From: an uncultured Gammaproteobacteria bacterium
GTDB taxonomy: Bacteria; Pseudomonadota; Gammaproteobacteria; Steroidobacterales; Steroidobacteraceae
Assembly: GCA_963723505.1 (NCBI GenBank)
Contig: CAVRQU010000013.1
Coordinates: forward strand, 44,859 to 68,858
Direction of reading: 5' to 3'
Length of the DNA: 24,000 nt
In this document: piece by piece, positions 1-7,226 of the stretch
Layout: each line of letters opens with the position of its first letter
How positions within the stretch are numbered: position 1 is the stretch's first letter
Program-made: the position numbers and the translations under genes
The notes under the pieces: generated by a model
Database searches by the model: none
The model's input: the letters and a program-made list of their open reading frames with translations, nothing else
What the model was told of the DNA's origin: nothing

Positions 1-682
1 GCGCGATGGGCGCATAGCTGAACGTGAACCACAGGGTCATGAACAACAGAACCGCGGAGAACTTCATGCGCTCGGCGAAGGCGCCGACGATGAGGCAGCA
101 GGTGATGCCGGCGAACGTGGCCTGGAACGCGACGAACACAATCTCCGGGATGTACACGCCGCGGCTGAATGTCGCGGCGTTCGCGAACGTGCCGCCGACG
201 TTGTCCCACACACCGCTCAGCAAGAGGCGATCGAAGCCCCCGAAGAAGGCGTTGCCTTCGGTGAAAGCGAGGCTGTAGCCGTAGATGCACCACAGCACGA
301 CAATCAGCGAGAACGTGACGAGCACCTGCATGAGCACCGACAGCATGTTCTTGCTGCGGACCAGCCCTCCGTAAAACAGGGCAAGTCCCGGGATCGTCAT
401 GAGGATGACGAGCACGGTTGCGACCATCATCCACGCCGTGTCGCCCTTATCGGGCACGGGGGCCGCCGGCGTCGCCTCCGCAATGACTTCTGCCGCCGCC
501 GCGTCCGTCGGCGCTGCGACCGCCGCCTCGGCAGTCTCCGCCGCCGCCGCTGGAGCCGCCGCAACGTCGGCCGGCGGCGCTTCCTGCGCGAAGGTCATTT
601 CGGGCCCGGCCAGCGCGAGGACGAACAGCGCGGCGCTCCACAGGTAAGTGAGCACACGGCTCGTTGCCAAGGATCTTTTCAC
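1..682 (-). CDS. amtB: Ammonium transporter AmtB, N-terminal part (gene leaves the window at the left edge)
   Basis: Not in the ORF track because it exits the window. My reverse-strand translation from GTG 682..680 (AGGAGA upstream) gives VKRSLATSRVLTYLWSAALFVLALAG...DKGDTAWMMVATVLVILMTIPGLALFYGGLVRSKNMLSVLMQ...AFQATFAGITCCLIVGAFAERMKFSAVLLF. These are typical Amt/MEP family motifs. It lies 60 bp downstream of glnK, matching the conserved glnK-amtB operon. Confidence 0.9.
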   Translation of the reverse strand, partial: MKRSLATSRVLTYLWSAALFVLALAGPEMTFAQEAPPADVAAAPAAAAETAEAAVAAPTDAAAAEVIAEATPAAPVPDKGDTAWMMVATVLVILMTIPGLALFYGGLVRSKNMLSVLMQVLVTFSLIVVLWCIYGYSLAFTEGNAFFGGFDRLLLSGVWDNVGGTFANAATFSRGVYIPEIVFVAFQATFAGITCCLIVGAFAERMKFSAVLLFMTLWFTFSYAPIA

Positions 683-742
683 TGTCTTTCTCCTACGAAG
701 AGATTCGCTCGTTGTTAGTGATCGCCAGGTGCTCTGCTCAAT

Positions 743-1090
<348 letters not shown>

Positions 1091-1494
1091 CTAGGTAAAT
1101 GCTGAACAAGTGCTATTCGATGAAGGCAGCAGCCTCGCAAACCCTTGTCTTTCAATCATTGACATCCTTCGATGGCGGCAGCCTGCGGACTTGATCAGCG
1201 CCTCCCCAGGCTGTTCAGGGTGCGATCGGCTGATTTCGCGTCATCGTCGAGCCAGCTTTCGCGCCGCATCGGAAATGCATCTTCTATGCCACGAAGTGGC
1301 GCACTGGAAACGGCGCGGGCGTCGGCGCGCAGGCAGGTTTGCCGCACTGAGCTGGTGCGCGATTTTTCGGCGGCTGCCTCACGAGAGAGCACGTTCGGCG
1401 GCGCGAGGGCTCAAGCCGGTGCGGCGCTCTCGTCTTGCCACGATCTGGGGCTGCGCCTACAGTCGTCGTGAGTTCCCAGATCACGAACCTACGC

Positions 1495-1743
1495 ATGGAT
1501 CCACGTTTCATCGACGACCTGGCTCGCCGCCTGTCCGCAGCGGTTCCGCCCGGCGTAGCCGCGTTGCGCCGCGACCTCGAAGACAACTTCAAGGCCGTGC
1601 TGCAGTCGGGGCTCGCCAGGCTCGATCTGGTGACGCGTCAGGAGTTCGATGTCCAGGCCGCGGTCCTGCGCCGCACGCGCGAAAAGCTCGAGGCGCTGGA
1701 AGCGCGTCTGGCGGGACTGGAGGCGGGGAAGAAGACCGACTGA
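1495..1743 (+). CDS. ubiK: UbiK/YqiC family accessory protein (BMFP coiled-coil)
   Basis: The internal ATG at 1495 of ORF 1435..1743 gives MDPRFIDDLARRLSAAVPPG...LDLVTRQEFDVQAAVLRRTREKLEALEARL (82 aa), a typical UbiK/YqiC size and sequence. It sits directly upstream of comM, as in many proteobacteria. The start codon is my choice. Confidence 0.75.
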   Translation: MDPRFIDDLARRLSAAVPPGVAALRRDLEDNFKAVLQSGLARLDLVTRQEFDVQAAVLRRTREKLEALEARLAGLEAGKKTD

Positions 1744-1811
1744 AGATCTTCCGCGGGAACGGCGGGGATCGCGAGCAGGAATCGGAGAATTCATTCTCAA
1801 GGAGGCCAGGG

Positions 1812-3350
1812 ATGGCGATGGCGACGGTGCTGAGTCGGGCGCAGCATGGCATGGACGCGCCGCAGGTGCGGGTCGAGGTCGACCTGAGCAACGGATTGCC
1901 GGCGTTCGCGATCGTCGGTTTGCCGGAAGCGGTCGTGAAGGAAAGCAAGGATCGCGTGCGCGCTGCGATTCTCAACTGCCGATTCGAAATGCCCTCCGGG
2001 CGCGTCACCGTCAATCTCTCGCCCGCGGATCTTCCCAAGGAAGGAGGGCGATTTGATCTGCCGATTGCGCTAGGGATCCTGCTCGCGTCTGGCCAGCTGA
2101 CGGGTGCGCATCTCGATCGATGTGAGTTCTACGGTGAGCTGTCGCTGAGCGGCGAGTTGCGCCCGGTTCGGGGCGCGTTGCTCGCCGCCGTCGCCGCAGC
2201 GCGCGCAGATCTCGCCATCGTGGTCCCGCCGCAGAACGCGCCCGAAGCCGCTCTCGTGTCGAGCTGCCGCGTCGCCGCGGCGAGTCATCTGCTCGAAGTT
2301 GCGGCGCACGCGACGGGATCGAAGGCGCTGACGTTCAGTCGCGGCGCCGCCCCAGACGCTGCGGCGGGAAGTTACAGCGATCTGAATGAAGTGCGGGGTC
2401 AGGAACACGCCAAGCGGGCGCTCGAGATTGCGGCGGCCGGCGAGCACAGCTTGCTGATGATCGGTCCGCCTGGTTCCGGCAAGAGCATGCTGGCGCAGCG
2501 GTTGCCTGCCTTGTTGCCGCCTCTGACTGAAAGCGAAGCTCTGGAGGTAGCCGCAGTGCGCAGCGTCGCGGGGCTGACGCTCAAACCATCGGAATGGCGC
2601 AGGCGGCCATACCGCAGTCCGCATCACACGGCTTCACCCATAGCGCTCGTCGGCGGCGGAGCCCAGCCGCGTCCTGGTGAAATCTCGCTCGCTCACCACG
2701 GCGTATTGTTTCTCGATGAGCTTCCCGAGTTTGACCGTCGCGCGCTCGAAGTCCTGCGCGAGCCGCTGGAGAGCGGTGTGATCACTGTGTCGCGTGCAGC
2801 GCGGCACGCAGAGTTCCCTGCATCGTTTCAGTTCATCGCGGCCATGAATCCCTGCCCGTGCGGCTATCTGGGGGATCCACAGGGAAAATGCAGATGCACG
2901 TCCGAGAGGATCGATCGTTATCGCGCGCGGCTATCCGGGCCGCTGCTTGATCGTCTTGATCTCCATATCGAGGTCCCGCGGGCGCCAAGCCAGATCCTCC
3001 AGCGGGAATCACGAAACATTGAGTCGAGTGCAACCGTCGCCACGCGAGTGCTGCGTGCGCGGGAGCTGCAACATGCCCGACAAGGCGTCGCCAACGCTCG
3101 TCTGAATAATCGTGAGATCGAGCGGTACTGCCGGCCGACGACTAAGGCGCTGGCGCTGCTCGAACGCGCCGCCGCAACTATCGGGTTGTCAGCGCGCGGC
3201 TACCATCGAGTGCTCAAGGTTGGACGGACGATCGCCGACCTGGCGGATCTCGAGGCAATCGATACGGCGCACATCAGCGAAGCGATGGCGCTCCGTCGCC
3301 TGGATCGCGGTCGCCTGACCGCTTCCTATTTCGACCCCGCGACCATGTAG
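1812..3350 (+). CDS. comM: YifB/ComM family Mg-chelatase-like AAA+ ATPase
   Basis: In ORF 1110..3350 only the part from ATG 1812 (AAGGAGG 6-7 nt upstream) is homologous. It reads MAMATVLSRAQHGMDAPQVRVEVDLSNGLPAFAIVGLPEAVVKESKDRV, then Walker A GPPGSGKS, GVLFLDELPEF, and a C-terminal ...HISEAMALRRLDR. Confidence 0.9.
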   Translation: MAMATVLSRAQHGMDAPQVRVEVDLSNGLPAFAIVGLPEAVVKESKDRVRAAILNCRFEMPSGRVTVNLSPADLPKEGGRFDLPIALGILLASGQLTGAHLDRCEFYGELSLSGELRPVRGALLAAVAAARADLAIVVPPQNAPEAALVSSCRVAAASHLLEVAAHATGSKALTFSRGAAPDAAAGSYSDLNEVRGQEHAKRALEIAAAGEHSLLMIGPPGSGKSMLAQRLPALLPPLTESEALEVAAVRSVAGLTLKPSEWRRRPYRSPHHTASPIALVGGGAQPRPGEISLAHHGVLFLDELPEFDRRALEVLREPLESGVITVSRAARHAEFPASFQFIAAMNPCPCGYLGDPQGKCRCTSERIDRYRARLSGPLLDRLDLHIEVPRAPSQILQRESRNIESSATVATRVLRARELQHARQGVANARLNNREIERYCRPTTKALALLERAAATIGLSARGYHRVLKVGRTIADLADLEAIDTAHISEAMALRRLDRGRLTASYFDPATM

Positions 3351-3832
3351 TCCACGGCGTTGATGATGGATTGATTCGAGAGGTCCACACGCCCGCCCTT
3401 TGGAGGCATGAATCCGGCGCTGCCCTGGTAGCCTTCGAGCGCATGCTTGTGCAGCGTGTCGGCGCCCTGCGCGATGCGCTCTTTCCACGCGGCGCCGTCG
3501 CCGAACTTCGGCGCGCCCGCGACCCCGGCTCCATGACACGCAACGCACGCCATGTTGTAGACGGCTTCGCCCGCAAGATCCTCCGCCGGCGCGGCCGTTT
3601 CCTGCTGGGGCGCCAGGGCGGAGTTGTCCTGTCCGGCGATCGCCAGCTTGGCGATCGGAGCAATGCGCTCGGAGACCGCCGCTTTCATGGCGGGATCCTC
3701 CAGCACGTGCTGTTCCTGGGTATTCGCTGCAATGACGCGCGCAACCAGATAGAGCAACGCTGTAATTCCGATCAGAACGCCCAGGACGAGCATGAACGTA
3801 TCGAAGAACTTTCTGTCGTGCGCAGCGCTCAC
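3326..3832 (-). CDS. Membrane-anchored mono-haem c-type cytochrome (cytochrome c5 family)
   Basis: ORF 3326..3871 has an N-terminal TM helix (FDTFMLVLGVLIGITALLYLVARVI), the haem motif CVACH, and a downstream MPPKGG typical of c5-type cytochromes. The ORF-track start at 3871 is a TTG. I prefer GTG 3832, which is preceded by GGAG at 5-6 nt. Confidence 0.8.
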   Translation of the reverse strand: MSAAHDRKFFDTFMLVLGVLIGITALLYLVARVIAANTQEQHVLEDPAMKAAVSERIAPIAKLAIAGQDNSALAPQQETAAPAEDLAGEAVYNMACVACHGAGVAGAPKFGDGAAWKERIAQGADTLHKHALEGYQGSAGFMPPKGGRVDLSNQSIINAVDYMVAGSK

Positions 3833-4085
3833 AGCGGCTCCAGTAGCAAGGGGCGGAAAAACAGCGCGCAAGTATAGCGGCGCACTCTGTGGGGTTAAAC
3901 CAACCCCTCGGGCCTACTGGCCAACCGGCTAACCGGCTTACGGGAAAGAAAAAAACACGAAAACGTCGACGTCGGGGAGAAAACGAGCACGCGAGCCGCA
4001 CCCTCAGATCTTTCGCTCGTCAAAGAACCACGTCTGGATCCGGCCAGCTTGCCCCTTGGCCAGTTTGCCGGTTGGCCCGGCGGTA

Positions 4086-4204
4086 TTGGCGCGCCCGACA
4101 GGGCGAGATCGGGTGTCTTGGCGGCGACACTTAACGTGTCGCTGCGCCGATCGAGCGCCAGGTCGCTTGCGAACTGGCTGGCCCCAGCGGGGCGAACCTG
4201 TGAC
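4086..4204 (-). repeat. Interrupted partial copy of the tRNA-Arg 3' end (att-like direct repeat)
   Basis: TTGGCGCGCCCGACAGG (4086-4102) is identical to 4337-4353, the acceptor/T-stem end of the tRNA. CGAACCTGTGAC (4193-4204) is identical to 4357-4368. Order and orientation match the tRNA, but the two pieces are separated by about 90 bp of unrelated, hairpin-rich sequence. Confidence 0.65.
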
Positions 4205-4337
4205 GTTCACGGCCACTGGCCAACTGGCTAACGCAACCGCTAACTGGGAACGAGCGTGGACTTTAAAGAGCAGAACGCGCACGCGTCTCAATCTGGCCGG
4301 TTGACCGGTTGGCCAATGAGGCCAGTAAGCCTGAAGT

Positions 4338-4414
4338 TGGCGCGCCCGACAGGATTCGAACCTGTGACCCCTGCCTTCGGAGGGCAGTACTCTATCCAGC
4401 TGAGCTACGGGCGC
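4338..4414 (-). tRNA. tRNA-Arg (anticodon CCG)
   Basis: The reverse strand reads GCGCCCGTAGCTCAGCTGGATAGAGTACTGCCCTCCGAAGGCAGGGGTCACAGGTTCGAATCCTGTCGGGCGCGCCA. It folds into a full cloverleaf: 7-bp acceptor, D arm GCTC/GAGT, anticodon stem CTGCC/GGCAG with loop CTCCGAA, T arm ACAGG-TTCGAAT-CCTGT, and an encoded CCA. Confidence 0.93.
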
Positions 4415-4465
4415 GTCGTCTGAGACTTACCTATCACTTACTCTTACATCCGTGTAGCGTTGTCC

Positions 4466-4716
4466 AGCCCGACCATCCACGGTCGGGCGTTCGCGCGGTT
4501 CGAAGAGACGTTTGCTGGCAATTGCTCCTGCATTGCCAGCATTTCCACCATCCATGGCGGTCAAGTCTCTTCGAAGAGGCATCCGCGCTCACCCATCCAC
4601 GGTCGGGCGGTCGCACGGCGCGATGACACGTTTGCTGGCAATTGCTCCTGCATTTGCCAGCATTTCCACCATCCATGGCGGTCAAGTGTCTTCGGAAAGA
4701 CACCCGTGCTCACCCG
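4466..4716 (+). repeat. Tandem repeat, about 2.1 copies of a 120/121-bp unit with conserved internal hairpins (possible ncRNA or protein-binding array)
   Basis: 4473-4592 aligns with 4593-4713 at high identity. For example, TTTGCTGGCAATTGCTCCTGCAT occurs at 4511 and 4631, and CATTTCCACCATCCATGGCGGTCAAGT at 4540 and 4661. Each unit carries the 10-bp hairpin TGCTGGCAAT-N9-ATTGCCAGCA. The strand of any transcript is unknown. Confidence 0.8.
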
Positions 4717-4787
4717 GCGGGGGCGCGATGATAGCCCGGCTCTTGCCGTGATCCCAACCCGCGGATCGCGCTCCGTATACTTTGCGC

Positions 4788-5894
4788 ATGGCTGTTCATT
4801 CCTCAGAACCATCGTTCCTGGAATTCTTCGCGGGCAGCGGTTTGGTGCGCGAGGGATTGAAGGGTTTGTTGCGGCCGGTCTGGGCAAACGACAACTGTGC
4901 ACGCAAGGCTGCGATCTACACCGCGAATCACGGCGCTCAGCATTTTCGACTCGACTCCATCGAGAATGTCGCTGGCTCGGAACTGCCAGCGGCGCCCGTC
5001 GCATGGGCGTCATTTCCCTGTCAGGATTTGTCCCTGGCGGGGAACGCCGAAGGCATTCGCGCGGCGCGCAGCGGCCTCGTGTGGGAGTGGCTGCGCATCA
5101 TCGGCGAGATGCCGACGCCGCCCGCCGTGTTGCTGGCCGAGAATGTTCTGGGGTTGATCTCGTCAGCGCAGGGCGAGCACTACCGGATCCTGCATCGCGC
5201 GCTCGAGGAGCGCGGGTATCGCGTCGGCGCCATGGTGCTGGACGCGGTGCGCTGGGTGCCGCAGTCGCGCCCCCGGGTATTCGTGCTGGCGGTGCGGTCC
5301 GACATCGACGTTCCCGCCGCGCTGCTGGCGCGCGGACCGAACTGGCTGCATCCAGAAACCGTCTGCAATGTTGCGCAGCGCGTGGATCGCTGGCTGTGGT
5401 GGTCGATGCCGGAGCCGCCAGCGCGCACCCGGCGTCTGCACGACGTGATCGACTGGAACGCCGACTTTCCAGACGCCGAAGTCGAGCGCCGCAATATCAG
5501 GCTCATTGCGCCGCGTCACGCTGAGCGAATCGCCACGCTGCCTGCACGGCAGGTGTTCGTCGCGCCAGGCTATCGCCGAACTCGCAGCAGCGGGCAAGTG
5601 CTCGAGTTGCGTTTCGATGGAGTGGCCGGCTGTCTGCGAACGCCCGAAGGCGGCAGCAGTCGGCAACTACTGGTCATGAGGCGCGACGGCGTGCTTCGCA
5701 GTCGGCTGCTCACGGTCCGCGAGACCGCCCGGCTCATGGGGGCGCCGGACACCTACCAATTGCCCGGTTCGTACAACGACGCGTACAAGGCCATGGGTGA
5801 TGCGGTCGCGGCGCCGGTCGCCAACTGGCTCGGTCGTCACCTGCTGCAACCGCTGGCGTGGGCTTCGTTCGGACGCGGGTCTCATCGTGACTGA
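4788..5894 (+). CDS. dcm: DNA (cytosine-5)-methyltransferase
   Basis: C5-MTase motifs appear in order: I FLEFFAGSGL, IV FPCQDLSLAG, VI LLAENV, VIII QSRPRVFVLAV, IX RLLTVRETARLMG, X YKAMGDAVAAPV. The ORF-track start at 4782 is a TTG; ATG 4788 is more likely. Confidence 0.9.
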   Translation: MAVHSSEPSFLEFFAGSGLVREGLKGLLRPVWANDNCARKAAIYTANHGAQHFRLDSIENVAGSELPAAPVAWASFPCQDLSLAGNAEGIRAARSGLVWEWLRIIGEMPTPPAVLLAENVLGLISSAQGEHYRILHRALEERGYRVGAMVLDAVRWVPQSRPRVFVLAVRSDIDVPAALLARGPNWLHPETVCNVAQRVDRWLWWSMPEPPARTRRLHDVIDWNADFPDAEVERRNIRLIAPRHAERIATLPARQVFVAPGYRRTRSSGQVLELRFDGVAGCLRTPEGGSSRQLLVMRRDGVLRSRLLTVRETARLMGAPDTYQLPGSYNDAYKAMGDAVAAPVANWLGRHLLQPLAWASFGRGSHRD

Positions 5895-6297
5895 CAATCT
5901 GGGTCGGGTCGCGCGCAGCCATGCGATGCGACAGGTCCGCTCGCATAACACCACGCCTGAGCTGGCCGTGCGGCGCATGCTGCGGGACCTGGGCTTGGGC
6001 GGATACCGCGTGCATCGCCGCGATCTTCCGGGCAGTCCCGATGTCGCCTGGATGGGAAAACGCCGGGCGTTGTTCGTCCATGGCTGCTTCTGGCATGGGC
6101 ACCGCTGCAAACGCGGTCGCCGCATGCCCGCGACGAACCGCTCATACTGGTCCGCGAAAATCCTTCGCAACCGCGCGCGCGACGTCAAGGCGCGGGCGGC
6201 GCTTCGCAGGAGCGGCTGGGACGTCGTCGTGATCTGGGAGTGCGAGCTGCGCAGACCCGATCGCCTCGAACAGCGCTTGCGACAAGGGCTCGGATAG
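5887..6297 (+). CDS. vsr: Very-short-patch repair endonuclease (T:G mismatch nicking)
   Basis: The protein contains RSHAMRQVRSHNTTPELAVRRML...GSPDVAW...ALFVHGCFWHGH.C...PATNRSYWSAKI..N..RD...L...GWDVVVIWECEL, which matches the Vsr family along its length. The GTG start at 5887 overlaps the dcm stop (GTGACTGA), the classic dcm-vsr overlap. Confidence 0.88.
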   Translation: MTDNLGRVARSHAMRQVRSHNTTPELAVRRMLRDLGLGGYRVHRRDLPGSPDVAWMGKRRALFVHGCFWHGHRCKRGRRMPATNRSYWSAKILRNRARDVKARAALRRSGWDVVVIWECELRRPDRLEQRLRQGLG

Positions 6298-6344
6298 GAA
6301 ATCGTCGGGAAACGATCGGGCGCGGACTTTTCGAGGGCGGATGA

Positions 6345-7226
6345 ATGCCGGAACCACCTGTTTACGAGCAAGGCGCTCAGGAACGAAGACTGGCCGGCCG
6401 TACGGTCGCCGTACCCGAGTCGCGCGAACTGGATGTCTTCGCCGCGATGCTGGAGCGTCGCGGGGCCAAAGTAGTGCGCTGCCCGCTCGTCGCGATCCTC
6501 GACGCACCCGATCCTGCGCCCGTGCTCGCCTGGCTGCGGTCATTCAGCGCCGGCGAGATGGACGATCTCATTCTGCTGACCGGCGAAGGCTTGCGTCGCC
6601 TGCTGTCCTGCATCGAGAAGAACGAGCCGGCGCTCAGGCCGCAGTTTGTTGCGCAGCTCGCACGTGTACGCAAGATTACGCGCGGTCCGAAACCGGCTCG
6701 CGCGCTTCGCGACCTTGGATTGAGGCCAGACATCGCTGCCGAGACGCCTACGACGCAGGGCGTGATTGACTCGTTGCGCGGCGAAAATCTCGGAGGCCGA
6801 ACAGTTGGCGTGCAGCTCTACGGTCTGGAGCCGAACTTGCCGCTGATCCATTTCCTGTCCGGGGCAGGCGCGAATGTGCGCACCGTGGCGCCCTATATCT
6901 ACGCCAGCCAGGCGGCGGACGACGCGGTTCGTGACCTCCTGACTCAAATGGCAGCCGGAGAGATCGACGTTATTGCGTTCACGAGTTCGCCGCAGGTCGA
7001 TCGCCTGTTCGCGGTCGGCGGCGAGGAACTGTGCAGGGCCGCATTCGCGCGAACCGACGTGGCCGCCATCGGACCGGTGGCGGCCGAAGCGCTGGCGCGC
7101 CGCAACGTGTCGGTTCGACTGACGCCCAAGGATTCCTATTTCATGAAGCCGCTCGCGAGCGTGATGGCGGACGCGCTCGGTCCGAAAGTCGACGATTCGG
7201 GGCACGTACGGTCGGACGCTAGTTGA
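6345..7226 (+). CDS. hemD: Uroporphyrinogen-III synthase family protein (HemD-like)
   Basis: 293-aa ORF with the two-lobe HemD pattern: ...VAVPESRELDVFAAMLERRGAKVVRCPLV...DDLILLTGEGLRRL...VGVQLYG...ANVRTVAPYIY...IDVIAFTSSPQVDRLF. ATG 6345 is preceded by GAGGGCGG. The family call is by resemblance only. Confidence 0.7.
   Translation: MPEPPVYEQGAQERRLAGRTVAVPESRELDVFAAMLERRGAKVVRCPLVAILDAPDPAPVLAWLRSFSAGEMDDLILLTGEGLRRLLSCIEKNEPALRPQFVAQLARVRKITRGPKPARALRDLGLRPDIAAETPTTQGVIDSLRGENLGGRTVGVQLYGLEPNLPLIHFLSGAGANVRTVAPYIYASQAADDAVRDLLTQMAAGEIDVIAFTSSPQVDRLFAVGGEELCRAAFARTDVAAIGPVAAEALARRNVSVRLTPKDSYFMKPLASVMADALGPKVDDSGHVRSDAS

Noticed and set aside
1100-1362. Sigma-54-like element TAGCAC-N5-CAGCAT (minus strand, 1115-1100) and NtrC-like palindrome GCAC-N7-GTGC (1344-1358) upstream of glnK
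   Set aside because: The -24 element has AG instead of the near-invariant GG and lies only about 20 nt from the ATG. The palindrome matches only the 4-bp cores. This is plausible biologically, since glnK is often NtrC/sigma-54 dependent, but the evidence is too weak to report as a feature.
1110-1811. The 234-codon N-terminal extension of the 746-aa ORF containing comM
   Set aside because: It is Arg/Ala/Pro-rich high-GC shadow sequence with no resemblance to YifB/ComM. It overlaps the well-supported ubiK gene in another frame. The homologous ComM sequence begins at ATG 1812, which has its own AAGGAGG.
4466-4716. Possibility that the tandem repeat is a CRISPR array
   Set aside because: There are only two directly abutting 120-bp copies with no unique spacers between them, and no cas genes in the window. 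The unit length is far outside the CRISPR repeat range.
4434-5524. ORFs 4460..5524 (354 aa), 4512..4751 and 4434..4703 across the tandem repeat
   Set aside because: Their translations only repeat the same peptide twice because of the 120-bp DNA repeat. They occur in several frames and on both strands. The long one continues out of frame through dcm, which has unambiguous methyltransferase motifs.
4776-6400. A restriction endonuclease or other defence partner for the methyltransferase
   Set aside because: The only ORFs flanking dcm-vsr with recognisable content are the tRNA and repeat upstream and a HemD-like gene downstream. The antisense ORFs (5667..6371, 5163..5666) are compositional shadows.
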